A stretch of 62,966 nucleotides of DNA, the filler included, from Octopus bimaculoides (lineage: Eukaryota), in assembly GCF_001194135.2 (NCBI RefSeq). It is 3 parts of 3 records of this genome, joined end to end, with 100 filler letters (N's around TTAATTAATTAA, not from the genome) between each part and the next. Parts side by side here need not be neighbours in the genome. Positions count along the whole stretch, not along the records: positions 19,619 to 50,842 come from NC_068981.1; 2 more parts are not named here. One strand, written 5' to 3'. Shown piece by piece: positions 24,480 to 37,144 of this stretch. Under the pieces are notes generated by a model. That model worked only from the letters and a program-made list of their open reading frames with translations, did no database searches and was not told where the DNA came from. A program made the position numbers and the translations under genes. The number at the start of each line of letters is the position of its first letter. The first letter of the stretch is position 1.

Positions 24480-27400
24480 ACTATTGGAAATTTAATTTCT
24501 CAAAAGCAATTCAGTCGAGTGGAGCATATTTGCAAGTTGTTCATACTGACTAGTCTTAAAGGCATAAAGCTGTGTTAGAGAAAGAGAAATGAGATGCTGT
24601 GATTTCATGCCTTACTCAATGTTGCTATTAGTGAAAACACTAAAGAATTAGTCTTCATGCAGTATGATCAAGTTAGCAGTGTGGCACCCTTCCTTCTCCA
24701 ACCTACTGACTACAACCAATTTCATAGTTTGAAATGTAATGGTTACTGCCTTTTTATCAATTACTTGAAGTAGACCTATCAAGATTTAATTCTACACTTG
24801 CACAGATAAACTGTAAAATGTCTGCATCATCAGTTAATGGAAATTATGTACATTCACTGAACGTATTATTTGGATTGAAAAAATAGACGATGAAGTGTTT
24901 TAAAAAATGTTCTTATTGATTGTGTAATCTAGCATTTGATTCAATGATTTGAATATTTCATTAAAAAAATAATCAGTTTATTCACTATGATCTCTTCCAT
25001 ATCAGTTTGGATTCTATTACCCATTCTTAGAAATGTTTTCTCTGCTTGTTGTACATCCAAATTTGCAAATCAATAGCCTTTTATAGTTGAATCAAGTTTA
25101 GTGACATCTGTTATTGATTTAAAACTGTACTGCTTATGTACACAAAATCAAGAATCTATTATCTTTCATTCCAAGCAAATCCAAATATTGATTGTTTTTA
25201 AATTATTTCTCTGAAATTGCTTTTCCCACGATCATTTTAAAAGTATTATTTGTAGAATTCACTATACTATCTCAACAATAATTCATATAGAATTTCAAAC
25301 TGTATTGGCTTGTCAGCATTTTACCATTGAAGTGTTTGATTCTGAAGAAATAAATTTGATCTTGGTTTGAACTTGTTTCCTTCATATTTCTCTCTTTAAA
25401 ACAAAACATTACTTTAAACAACAATTGTAACAGAAACGCTCTAAAATCTATTATTGATTACAACACATCAGTCTCTTGGTCTTTAATTTTCAATAACAGT
25501 GCTTTGATCTTTTGACATAGAATTTATACCAAATATGAGAATACTGGATCATTTTGTTTTCTATCACTTTTAAAACCTTTCAAAAGATCTAAAACATAGC
25601 CTCCAGTTCTCATTTACATTACTGACTTCATATTTCACTGATTAAAAATATTTCAGATGTTTCTATAGTTTTTAAAGTACTTAGGTTATAAAAGAATAAA
25701 GTTTGATAAAATTATACTCAAGTAGACTTCTGAAACTGACTATTCTATGAGGTACACAGTGATTCTTAAACACAAAAGAGATATTAAACCAAACTCCACT
25801 GTGCCTTGACTATTATTGCAAAAGTCTGCCTGATAAAATTCAGAACATCTGCAATACCTGACATTAGAACTGTGTTCAAATATAACATAGTCCTTTGAAA
25901 CAAGCTTAACTCTTTAGCATTCAGATTACTCTGTTGAATGTAATGTATTTTTATTCACATCATTTTTAATTAATCATGCATTATTTTGATGATATGATTC
26001 TAAACTTTTAGAATGACATTGAAGGGTAGGCATGAGAAGCTGGATCTTGTTTCTTTTTATCATAAAACAGGAAGAATATTTGGGCTGGATATGGCTGGTT
26101 TAAGTACTAAAGGGTTAACTCTATCTAAGAGTCACAGGAAGTACTGTATTTATAATATAAAGAACTACATTGTATAATATTCCGTAGTCTTATAAAGGAG
26201 AAACTAGAAGACTGTAAAAGTCAAAACAGAAGCATGTTGAAAAGCCTTAATAAGAAGTGAGACATTGAAGTCAGGACTGGTTGAACATATATGGTGTAAT
26301 GACATTTCTGCAATTGCTAAAGAACAATGGAAATACATAAATTAAAGAAGCAGTATATATAACACTTGCTGATAATTCTGTGAGGCCATGTATGTTTATC
26401 AGCTCAATATTGTTACTTTGACTGAAAAGTAGACATAAATACTCTGTAGATGAGGTTATCAGTAAGGAATATTATAATCTTTATTAAAACTCATCTTAAA
26501 CATTTTAAATGTTTAAGAGATATATTTGACTAATTTATATTTTCATAAGTCTGAAACAGAGGGCCAATTCCCATGATTATTTTAGATCCTTTTAAATGGG
26601 TAGGGAAGAGGGAATAATTAGTTGTAGTTGGCAGTGATAATGTGATTAGTGCAGTTGTTAAATGTTGAGTTGACAGATTAATAATGTCTGTAAATCTTGT
26701 GGTCTGTTTTATAGTGACAGGAGACTGCTCATCAAATTTGCTGTAGAGCTTTTGTTACCACCCTAGAAGAACTCTATCTGGAATGAAAACTTCTAGCCAA
26801 ACACAACCACCTATTTATGATTGCACTACTGTCATTTTCTCATGACTGACATTAGATGTGAACTTAATGTCAAGTTCAACAGTAATAAATACATTATTAT
26901 TTCAATGATAGAATTATTTTCAGCTGGATCCATTTTCAAGGAATTAATCTCTCAAATATACAAATAAGCTTATCTGTAGAACACTACTAAATGATGTCTC
27001 TCCTTAAAATCCAGTTACTGCTTTGTATTGTTACTATGCGAAGTTTTCTTCAAGAGGAACCAGTGCAGACTACACTATTATTATACTTGTTTTTTTGTTT
27101 TGTTTTTTTTTGTGTGTTGACATCTTAACTTTAAACAAATACTGAACTTGAGTAAATATAACTAGATAAATATCTGTATAAATAACAACTTGGGTATGAT
27201 ACTGAATTAACTGAAGTCGATTATTTTAGGTTCTTCTATGATATTTGATGGTTTCGTTTCTTAATACCATGTTAGAATGTTTTATAGTTTCTTGCTTAGT
27301 GTGTAGATGAAGTTGGATCTTCTTGTGACTGGGTCAACTGATCAAAGAATCATTTGATCAATATTTCTTTTGCATAGCTCTCAGGTAGCTCACATTTTTA

Positions 27401-27960
27401 AGTAATAATCTTGCCAGCCTGTGTCATGAATAATAAACCTTTTGATGCCTTGCTATTATATCAAAAATGTGGTTTTGTGCCCAAATCTGTATGTTTAAAA
27501 CTATAAATGCATGTAATACTAATAAAAACTTATATAGAAATTATGAGAAAATATCAAGGATTAGAGTTTGGAGTGGTGACATCAATTTCAAAGATATATT
27601 AAATGTTAAAGAAATGTTTCCAAAACTATGACTAAGTGATTATCTAACATTACATTAGTAATTACAAAGTAATTTGGTGACTTATTTTAAAGATTTCATA
27701 CTATTACCAACATTTATTTTTCATGCTGTCTAACTTAAATGACTCAGTTGAGTATTTTAAAAGATAAATTATAAAATCAAATTCAGCAAACTATTTGCTC
27801 ATAAGTTATCACAACCAATTAATTTATAAATTAATCACTTTAAAATTACAAGACTTCTGATTTATCTTCATACTGGAACTAAAATTTCAAGAAAAATTGC
27901 TCTGTGTTTAGATGTTCATAAGGAATTATTTTCAATTTCTTTGCATTCCTTGACAAATGA
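24480..27960 (-). pseudogene. Long decayed intronless ORF remnant, tentatively sacsin-like or a large TE ORF
   Basis: A minus-strand frame stays largely open for ~300 codons (about 25900-25000) with scattered stops, and further protein-like stretches lie upstream. Matches to sacsin-type motifs (SLKFYMNYC; LSLPTTTNYSLFPTHLKG...WPS; FSSVLQISLF) are weak. Confidence 0.3.
25910..26114. mobile_element. piggyBac-type MITE
   Basis: TTAA at 25906-25909 and 26115-26118; TIRs CTCTTTAG / CTAAAGGG. Confidence 0.75.
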
Positions 27961-28331
27961 TACAGATTAGTTTTTGAACTAGAATATATCAATATAGGAT
28001 AACTGTTTATTCAGTGATATATATTCATTTGCATAATATTCATATATAATAAATACATTGAGAAAGACAGAATCATGTATAACAAATTATGTATAACAAA
28101 TATGTAAATATTTTGTTGTGAAAGGGAATTAGAAACATTCACTGATTTTTTAATTTTTAGAAAAATTTTCAAAAAAATCTTTTATTATGGTGATTGAGGA
28201 GAGGAAAGGCAGATATTTCTTAATTTATTTAAAAACTGGTGGTGATATACAGTTGGTGTGAAGATTAGGACTATGTTGTAGAGTAGTAGTCAGCAACAGA
28301 GTGTATTATTATCAAGAATCCATGTTGTATT

Positions 28332-28522
28332 CAGAGGTGTATATTCTGGGTGTACTAGGTGTGCACTGCACACCCATCGAAAATTGCAAATTCATTATAA
28401 ATATTAACCTCCTCGTTAATTTACTCACAAATCTTAATGGAAAACTTTTGTCATAACCTTGCTTGAAATTTGGCGGCATTGGGTGTGGCAACACACCCAA
28501 TACAACAACCACCATGTCACTG
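28332..28522. mobile_element. hAT-type MITE with perfect 8-bp TSD
   Basis: GTTGTATT at 28324-28331 and 28523-28530; termini CAG...CTG; subterminal GGGTGT/ACACCC repeats. Confidence 0.85.
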
Positions 28523-28827
28523 GTTGTATTTGTACATAATGTTTAACATTTAAATATAAATTTATTGAGTTGATTAGTTAAGTATCTTTGCCAAGGTTAC
28601 CATGCAGTAAACTGCTTCCATTTGTCAACTGTTTGCCTGACACTTTAACAATCTGTGTGATTCTTCTAATTAGTTTTCAAATACACATTCCCAAATTACA
28701 TAGCAGAACCTGAACAAATTATCAGTATCATATACAAAGTTGTGTTTGTTGTACAACCTGAAGTACAATATTTGTTTCATGATCTGAGCCATTTCTTATT
28801 GAGAGCTTACCATTCCTAAATACTGAG

Positions 28828-29288
28828 GCAGTTATAAAAACCCTGATTTTGGGGAAATAAATCAATGTTTATTGGTTGTCACTTGATTCCACGACACTCA
28901 CTTTCTTGAGATATTGGTCATTGCCATGCCAAGTCTTTTATATAATTCAACAAGGTTATTTTGAATTGTTGTTTAAAACTCTTGTAGCTTAGTTATGGAA
29001 GAATTAGTCAATATAAATTTTATGTCGTAACTCTCTACGACGGTCTTCTTTTGACTTATAAAAATGTGCTGTAAATATTAAATGTACATAAATAAAATTT
29101 ATATTAACTAAATTCTTCCATAATTAAGCTACAAGAGTTTAAAATAACAATTCAAAATAGCCTTGTTAAATTAGATAAAAGACTTGGCATGGCAATGACC
29201 AATATCTCAAGAAAGTGAGTGTTGTGGAATCAAGTGACAACCAACGAACACTGATTTATTTCCCAAAAATCAGGGTTTTTATAACTGC
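28828..29288. repeat. Foldback element: ~195-bp inverted arms, 70-bp spacer
   Basis: 28828-29022 is the reverse complement of 29093-29288 with few mismatches (e.g. GATATTGGTCATTGCCATGCCAAGTCTTTTA / TAAAAGACTTGGCATGGCAATGACCAATATC). Confidence 0.92.
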
Positions 29289-30244
29289 TCATATCTAAAT
29301 TCTAAGAGCCATATCTCGTGAAAGATTTCTCTTTGATAAAAGTTAGAATTCAAATATGAGCAGTAATTTTAACCAATGGGAAACTAATAATTATACCTAT
29401 TTGACCAACATGACCAGGACGTCATATTACCGCCGATAAAGGTTTATTAAGACTTGCTACACACCAAATACTTTAAAGAGTGTCGTGGGTGCATTTTCTA
29501 AATCACCAGAAATAGGTAGTTGTGTGTATTTATTTGTATATATAATGATGATATGTGTGTGTTTGTATGTCACAGATCTTGTTTCTAGCAGAATCATTAA
29601 GCATTGCAGGATGATGCTTTGCTAGTATTTGTTTTGGCTCTTGACATTCTGAGTTCAAATTCCACTGAGGCTGACTTCCTCTTTCATCCTTTCAGGAATA
29701 ATAAAATAAGAACCAATCAAGTATTGTCAATGGCATTGATTAACTCACCCACTTTAAAATGACTAACCTTGTGCCTAAATTAGAACCATTATTTATTTAT
29801 TTTTCTTAAGGTATTGAATTGACAGAATCATTAGAGCATCATGCTGTGTTTGTTCCAGCACTTTACATTCTGAGTTCAAACATTGCTATGGTCAACTTTG
29901 CTTTCATTTCTTCTAGGGTCAATAAAATAAAGTACCTGTCAAATGCCAGGATCAATAGAATCAAATTACTCTCTCGCATCAAAGTTGCTGGCCTCATACT
30001 TAAATTAGAAACAATTATTATTATTTTTTAGCAAGGTGTTTAATTTGGCAAAAATAAAATTATATGTTCCAGCCCTTTTTTCTGAGCTCATATCCTGTTA
30101 AGGTCAATTTTGCCTTTCAACCTTTCAGGGTCAATCCTGTTGGGATTTCATCTTTCAGGGACTGATTAAAAAAAAAGTACAAGTCATTTATTCTTTCTTT
30201 TTCAACAATTAAGTTAAAAACATCTCCAGATATGTTTCACAATT

Positions 30245-30435
30245 ATTGGTTTCAAATTTTGGCAAAAGGCAAGCAATTTTGAGGGAGTGGGTAAGTCAAT
30301 TACATTGACCCCAGTACTCAACTGATACTTATTTTATCAACCCAGAAAGGATGAAAGGCAGAGTCGACCTCAGCAGAATTTGAACTCGGGATGTAAAGAC
30401 TCCTGGTGTGCTAATGATTCTGCCAGCTCACCACC
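30245..30435 (-). mobile_element. SINE-like repeat (family B)
   Basis: AAAGGATGAAAGGCAGAGTCGACCTCAGCAGAATTTGAACTC recurs at ~35560-35610, ~36750-36790 and ~36980-37020, and inverted at ~29650, ~29870 and ~45310. Confidence 0.7.
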
Positions 30436-31408
30436 TTAATGTTTCACAATTATTGATTATCATCTAAGGAAGTCAGTGACCTGTTGTAAATATACAGAAA
30501 TGTATACTTATTGAAAAAGAATTTTTTAACAATTTAAATACTTGTAATGTGATCTAATTGTAGCTCCACATTGTTCCCAAGTTACCAGTCCTAACTGAAC
30601 AGAAGTAATAGGGTGTAGTTTGGGTAGTTTGTTTAGTCCGACACAAGATAGAGTGTACAAATCTATTCTTGTCATAAACATTCCCTCTTTTTCTAAATCA
30701 GTGACTATATTGTCCAGTGTGTCAAGCTTTATTTAAGACACTAAGATGTGATTTCAAGAAGATTTGACTGCTGTTTCTAAAATATTGTGACTCCTTTGGT
30801 AGTACTTTGAGTAGTTGTAGGTTTATGTAGGGAAATTTTGTTTGATATCATCATCTTTCTTTTACTGGTTTCTGTTGTTGACTGCTGCTTTGCTCAAGTA
30901 CTGCTTTCAAAGTTGTTGTTTTAAATCAATCATATCAATTTCCAGTACTTATTTTATTGAGCCCTATTTGCTGAACTACCAAGTTATGAAATTTAAAGGA
31001 ATGCAACAACAACAATATTATTTTTTTAGAGTGGTTTAAATACACAAATACAATGGAATATTTTCTAGAATTTGTATACAAATCCAAAACCACTCTGGAA
31101 TAATGTACAAGTGGGGTAAATCCCAAGTCTGATGTCTGCCTGGAACAAAACAAGGAGGATTCAATAAAAGAGATGGTGAAAGACTGATAGTTGTATAGGA
31201 GTGGTACAGGGTGTATTAATCAGAGGTACAGAAAAATGCGTTTATAATGCCAAATCCTCTTTTTCCTTCGTTTTTACCTTCTTTCTTCAACCCTTTTCTT
31301 CTCTCTGTTTCACTTTAATTCTTTCTCTCTGCTAAAGACATAACACATACACACTTTCTCAGTCATCCCTCTTAGTGAACACTGTATTGGAACTATATGT
31401 ATTGAAAC

Positions 31409-31757
31409 ATCATCATCATCATTTAACATCCATTTTCCATGCTGGCATGGGTTGGATGGTTTGACTGAGGACTGGCAAGCCAGTAGGCTGCACCAGGCTC
31501 CAGTCTGATCTGGCAAGGTTTCTATAGCTGGATGCCCTTCCTAATGCCAACCACTCCAAGAGTGTAGTGGGTGCTTTTTATGTGCTGGTGCCATGGGAGC
31601 CATTCAAGCAGCACTGGCATCGACCACATTCAGATGGTACTTTTTATGTGCCACTAGCACTGGAAGCCAATCAGGTGGCACTGGCATCGACCCACACTTG
31701 AATGGTGCTTATTACGTGCCACCAGCATGGGTGCCAGTCAGGTGGCACTGGCATTGG
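31409..31757 (-). mobile_element. RTE-3'-tail repeat with internal tandem subunits
   Basis: CATCATCATCATTTAACATCCATTTTCCATGCTGGCATGGGTTGG..., plus repeated GGCACTGGCATCGACC units. Confidence 0.75.
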
Positions 31758-31859
31758 CAAATTTCTCATTTAAAAATCATAACTTCAAAAAATTAGTATA
31801 GAGAAAGTTCAGAGAACTTTTACCTCTGTTGGCAACCAAAGGACTCTCTCTCTCTCTCT

Positions 31860-32580
31860 CTGAGTGACGACTAGATTGTATGATCCATGAGTACAAACTG
31901 TGATGCTACCTGACAGTTAAACGTGGGCCCCAAATGCAGAGGACATGTGAAGGCTGGAGAGGAATGAAGCTGGTATGCTTTGATGAATTTGCAGTGTCAA
32001 TGTGTGTGTGACAGCATTGGTACACTGAGGGAGAAGTTGGGCATAAGAGGAATTAGATGCAGTATGCAAGAGAGGAGATTGCACTGGTTTGGTTATGTGA
32101 TATGGATGGATGAGGACAGTTGCATAAAGAAGTGCTAATCACTTAAAGTGGAGTGAAATTGTGGAAGAAGAAAACCTACAAAGATATGGGACGAAGTATT
32201 GAAGGCTGATCTCAAAACACTTAACCTTACAAAGGTGACAACAGAGGACTGAGATATGTGGCAAATTGCTGTACTTGAGTAGACCACCAACACTAACACT
32301 AACAGCAGCACTGTTATTCTAAAACTAAGGTGCCACATAAAATGCATTAGTGTGGGTGCTGATGGCACATAAAAGCATTGGTGATGGTGGCATGTAAAAA
32401 GCACCTGATACACTCTGTGAAGTGGTTGATGTTAAGAAGGGAATTCAACCATAGAAACCAACCCAAAATAGACTATGGAACATGGTGCATCCCTGGCCTT
32501 GCCAGTTCCTGTCAAGCCATCCAACCCAAGCCAGCATGGAAAATGAACATTAGATGATGATGATGATGATGATGATGATG
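31860..32580 (+). mobile_element. Decayed RTE LINE 3' part (RT C-terminus plus tail)
   Basis: Degenerate RLERNEAGML...LREKLGIRGIRCSMQERRLHWFGYV, followed by the family tail ending in (GAT)n. Confidence 0.75.
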
Positions 32581-33179
32581 GACAACAGAAATGTTATTCT
32601 TTAAGTATTTTATATCTAAATTCGTTTATATCTGAAAATATTCAGCTATTATGGTGTTTGAATTGGACTGTTAATTTTTATAAAGCTTGAAATAAATAAA
32701 AAATACACACTCTCTCTTTCTCTCTCTCTCACTCACCTCATTTGGTACTTGTGCAATAAGTAGGATGGATGCCAATTTTTAAAGGTGCGAGGTAAGTTTA
32801 CTATTTGGTTGGTTTTCTTTTGCCCGTACATTTGGAAGAGCCAAATTTTAGAACCTTTGGCAAGGTCAGGTGACTTGGCTAGTATGTATATATTGTATGT
32901 ATAATCATCATCATTGTTTAACATCCACTTTTCCCTGCTTGCATGGGCTGAACAGAATTTGTTAAGATGGCTTAGCTACAGTTTGATGCCCTTCTTGTTA
33001 AGATGGCTTAGCTACAGCCTGATGCCCTTCTTGTCTCCTGTTTTTAAGTAAGATAATATTTCCTCTTGACTAGACATGCCTCAGAAAACTGGAAACAAAG
33101 GACACTAGTTGCATCACGGTGACACCCACTTAGAGTTATCATGCAATGTCAAAGAAAGCAGAGAGTAACACATACATGA

Positions 33180-33790
33180 TGGTTGTCCACTCGTGACTAA
33201 GGAAGACCATTGCTGACCTTCAGGAACATTGTGCGCTCTAGGACTAACTTATATTTTGCATTTGCAGCTCCATTGGTGGCTAATGACCCTGCTCTTGACA
33301 AGCATACATGACTGCAAACAGTGCAGACCAAGCTTTCTCCATTCACTACACCAGCTGTGTGCTTTCAAGCAGCACACTTAAGTTCTTCATGCTGAATACA
33401 TGATCTCTCAAAAGTGTCGACCCCCTCCTTAACCTGCTTCTTCCATCTGTGGTGATGACAGGCATTGTTCTCCCAGTCAGTCTCCTGCATATCACAGGCC
33501 TTTAATGAGGACTTGACACAGTCCTTAAATCGCAACCTTGATTTCTGCTGGGATCTCTTTCCATTCACAAGTTCCCCATATAGCATCTGCTTAGGGATCC
33601 TGCTATCCTTCATTCTAATAAGGTGTCCAGCCCAACATAACCAGTGTTTGTGCACCATCGCCTCAATACTCAAGATATCAGCTGTCCTCAGGACTTGTGT
33701 GACTGGAATTTTTAAGGTCTAGCCAACATTCAGAATGTGTCTGAGGCATCTCTGATGAAAGTGTTCAAGGACCCTTACCTGACTGGAATT
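33180..33790 (-). mobile_element. RTE-clade LINE C-terminal fragment (second family)
   Basis: LEHFHQRCLRHILNV...SIEAMVHKHWLCWAGHLIRMKDSRIPKQMLYGELVNGKRSQQKSRLRFKDCVKSSLK: classic RTE/BovB-type C-terminus. Confidence 0.88.
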
Positions 33791-33799
33791 CTATACAGT

Positions 33800-34140
33800 G
33801 TACCAGTATGAGTTCTGGACATACAAGAGGTGCCGTGGAATCACAGGAAGGTTAACAGAGAAAGTACCTTTATTTGTGGAAAACTAAGGACACACGGGAA
33901 ATAGATTTCCTCTATTGCCCAGAAGGCTCCATATTGGCAGTAGACAGTTTCTGTTACCAAGGTGATCCAATTAGCAGTGGAGGAGGATGTTCTGAAAATA
34001 CAGTTATCAGAATAGGATGGAAGAAGTTCAGAGAGCTATTACCTACATAGGCAACAAAAGATATCTTTCTCAAAGTGAAAGGCAGGTTGTATGATGCTTG
34101 TGTACAAACAGCATTGCTACATAATAGTAAGACATGATCT
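33800..34140 (+). mobile_element. RTE LINE RT fragment
   Basis: VDSFCYQGDPISSGGGCSE...RIGWKKFRELLP...LKVKGRLYDACVQTALLH: RTE RT thumb-region motif. Confidence 0.75.
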
Positions 34141-34462
34141 ATCTATAGTGGCACCTTCAATGCTGCTGCTTGTCACTTCCTCCTTCATGGGCTACTTCTT
34201 TCACTCACCTTCTTACTCATGTCTACCATCAACCTCCAACCATTGCTCACCACTCACTACATCCACTTCTAGCCCCATCTCTAATCATCTATTACCCACC
34301 TGTTCCACTCCACCCTAATCAGCTGTCTGTATTCTCCTTTATACTCACCTTCTTGTATCTTGAGAGTATGGTTTGGCTCACTGTCACCATCATCTTTACC
34401 TTCCTTCCAGCTACTCTCACCTATCCTCATATAATGTGGGGTAGCCATGTATCTCCTCTATA

Positions 34463-34676
34463 TGGTTCAAATGTACAGAAAACAAAAGACAGAGACAGGT
34501 GAAGGAGCAACAAGCAAATGTATTTGCTTGGTGCTTGGGAAAAATAGAGAAGTCTTTGATGTTTCAAGCCTATGCTCTTAAACAGAAAGGGATGAAAGGA
34601 AAAAAATAGAGAGATAGAGAGAAAATGAAAAGAGAAAAAAGATGTGTCAAGATTAATGGTTCCATGTTGAAAAGAT
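34463..34676 (-). mobile_element. 214-bp insertion flanked by a 12-bp TSD, carrying a hammerhead-like motif
   Basis: ATCTCCTCTATA (34451-34462) and ATCTCCTCAATA (34677-34688); an uninterrupted paralogous site is present at ~36040-36100. Confidence 0.7.
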
Positions 34677-35467
34677 ATCTCCTCAATAGCAAGACACTTG
34701 TGCTTGTCTCTCTCTCTCTCTCTCTACCATACATTAGCCTTTAGCACCTAGTATAAAGCCACCTCCTTCTTTCTCAAATACATCCCTACTCAATCATATG
34801 AACTTTTCTTTTCTTTGTCTTAGAAGTTACTTGGCAACCTCAGTAGCACTGGTGTCATGAAAAAAAGCTCCCAGTACACACTGTAAAGTGGCTGGTGTTT
34901 GGAAGGGCATTTAACCATAGAAATGAAAGTTGATTTTGGGGCCTGATGCAGCCCTGCAGCTCATCTCAAATCATCTAACCCATGCCAACATAGAGAATGA
35001 ATATTAAATGATGATGGGCTGATGACGATATATAACATTAAATTAAGCTTAATATTTTAATATAGCAATGAAGCATTTATTCNNNNNNNNNNNNNNNNNN
35101 NNAGCAGACAGTCAAATTTATAAAATCCATGTTGATTGGAACTTTAAGTTTCATCTACCCTCTTATTCAACCAGCAGTCAACAAATTATACATGCACGCA
35201 TGTTGAACTTCACAGATTCTGTAAACGTCTGCTTCAAATGTATTGGTCAAATCAAAGTTTTAGTAGAAAATACATGTCCAGGGTACTACACAGTGAAATT
35301 GAACTCAGAACCTTCTGGTTGCAACGCAAACGTTTTTAAGCATACAACCATGCCTGCTCCTATCTTCATTGGCATCTAATTCTCTTTATATACTTGCAAC
35401 ACATTTGATTTCTGTTCTAACAATAAACATTAGTTATGACATTTGTTACTCAAACACTAATAATAAT

Positions 35468-35950
35468 CTTCACTGCTATAGGCACAAGGCCTGAAATTTG
35501 GGTAGAGGGAGCTAGTCAATTATATCAACCCTTTGCTTGACTGGTACTTATTTTATCAACCTTGTAAGGATAAAAGGTTAGGTCGACCTTGGCAGAATTT
35601 GATCTCAGAACTTAAAGATGGATGAAATGCTGCTGAACATTTTGTCTGGCATGCTAAAGATTCTGTCAGCTCGCTATCTTACTGGCACTCCATCAGTTAT
35701 GAGTGTTTCAGTTGATCCGATTAATGGAACAGCCTGCTCCTGAAATTAATGTACAAGTGGCTGAGCACTCCACAAACATGTGTACCTCAGGGAGATTCAG
35801 CATGACACAGAATGTGACAAGGCTGGCCCTTTGAAATACAGGTACTACTCATTTTTACCAGCTGAGATGGACTGGAGCAACATGAAATAAAGTGTCTTGC
35901 TCAAGTACACAATATGCCTCAGGGCTATCAAACTCATAATCTTACAATCG
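35468..35950. mobile_element. Adjacent SINE copies (family B minus, family C plus)
   Basis: Homology to 30245-30435 and 815-972. Confidence 0.65.
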
Positions 35951-36267
35951 GGAGCCAAATATTCTAACCACTTGACCACAAGCCTTCACTTAATAAGTTA
36001 CCATCATCCTTATCTTCCTTCCAGCTATTCTCATCCACTCTCATTTAATGTGGGTAGCCATGTATCTCCTCTATAGCAAGACACTTGTGCTTGTCTCTCT
36101 CTATCATACTTTAACCTTTATCACCTAGAATAAAGCCACCTCTCCACTACCTTAATAATAATGATAATAATAATCCTTTCTACTATAATCACAAGGCCTG
36201 AAATTTGGGGAGTGGGGAGGCTAGTTGATTACATTGACCCCAGTGCTCAGCAATCAAAATCAAATTT

Positions 36268-36744
36268 GCTGATGTGGCTGATGACAGCACTGCCTGACTG
36301 GCACCCGTGGCAGTGGAATGTTAAAAGCACCATCCGAGCGTGATCATTGCCAGGGTCGCTGACTGGCTCCCATGCCGGTGGCACATAAAAAGCACCATTC
36401 AAACGTGATCGTTACCAACGTCGCCTTGCTGGCACGTGAAAAACAACATTCAAGCAAGGTCGTTGCCAGTGCCGCTGGACTGGCTCCTGTGCAGGTGGTA
36501 CATAAAAAACACCATTTGAGCGTGGATGTCGCCAGTACCACCTGACTGGCCCTCATGTAGTGTAGTGGATGCATGTAAAAGCATCCACTACACTCTCGGA
36601 GCGGTTGGTGTTAGGAAGGGCATCCAGCTGTAGAAACTCTGCCAGATCAGATTAGAGCCTGGTACAGCCATCTGGCTCGTCAGCCCTCAATCAAATCGTC
36701 CAACCCATGCCAGCATGGAAAGCAGACGTTAAACGATGATTATG
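36268..36744 (+). mobile_element. RTE-3'-tail repeat with expanded internal tandem array
   Basis: Several repeats of TGGCAC(A/G)T(A/G)AAAA.CACCATT upstream of the standard tail CCCATGCCAGCATGGAAAGCAGACGTTAAACGATGAT. Confidence 0.78.
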
Positions 36745-37095
36745 AACCCCAAAAGGATGAAAGACAAAGTTGACCTCAGTGGAGTTTGAACATACAACAT
36801 AGAGACAGACGAAATGCCACTAAGCATTTTGACAGGCATATTAATGATTCTGCCAGCTTGCTACCTTAATGATAATAATGGTTTCAAATGTTGGCACAAG
36901 GCCAGAAATTTCGGGGGAGGGGTTAAGTCGATTATATTGACCCCAGTGCTCAACTGGTGCTTATTTTAACCGATTCAGAAAGAACAATTGGCAAAGTTGA
37001 CCTCAGCAGAATTTGAACTCAGAATGTAGCAATGGATGAAATGCTGCTAAGCCTTTTGCCCTGTATGCTAAAGATTCTGCTCGCTTGCTGTCTTA

Positions 37096-37144
<49 letters not shown>

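Noticed and set aside
29370-29440. CCAAT plus GACGTCA as the promoter of the Ig gene
   Set aside because: Short motifs are expected by chance; no first exon or signal peptide was found nearby.
32961-33032. 36-bp tandem duplication (also a local duplication at 23820-23890 / 24075-24130)
   Set aside because: Simple slippage duplications inside repeats; no evidence of function.
36268-36600. Regularly spaced short direct repeats resembling a CRISPR array
   Set aside because: The units are degenerate, the spacers are mutually similar, and it lies inside the RTE-tail repeat of a eukaryotic genome with no cas genes.
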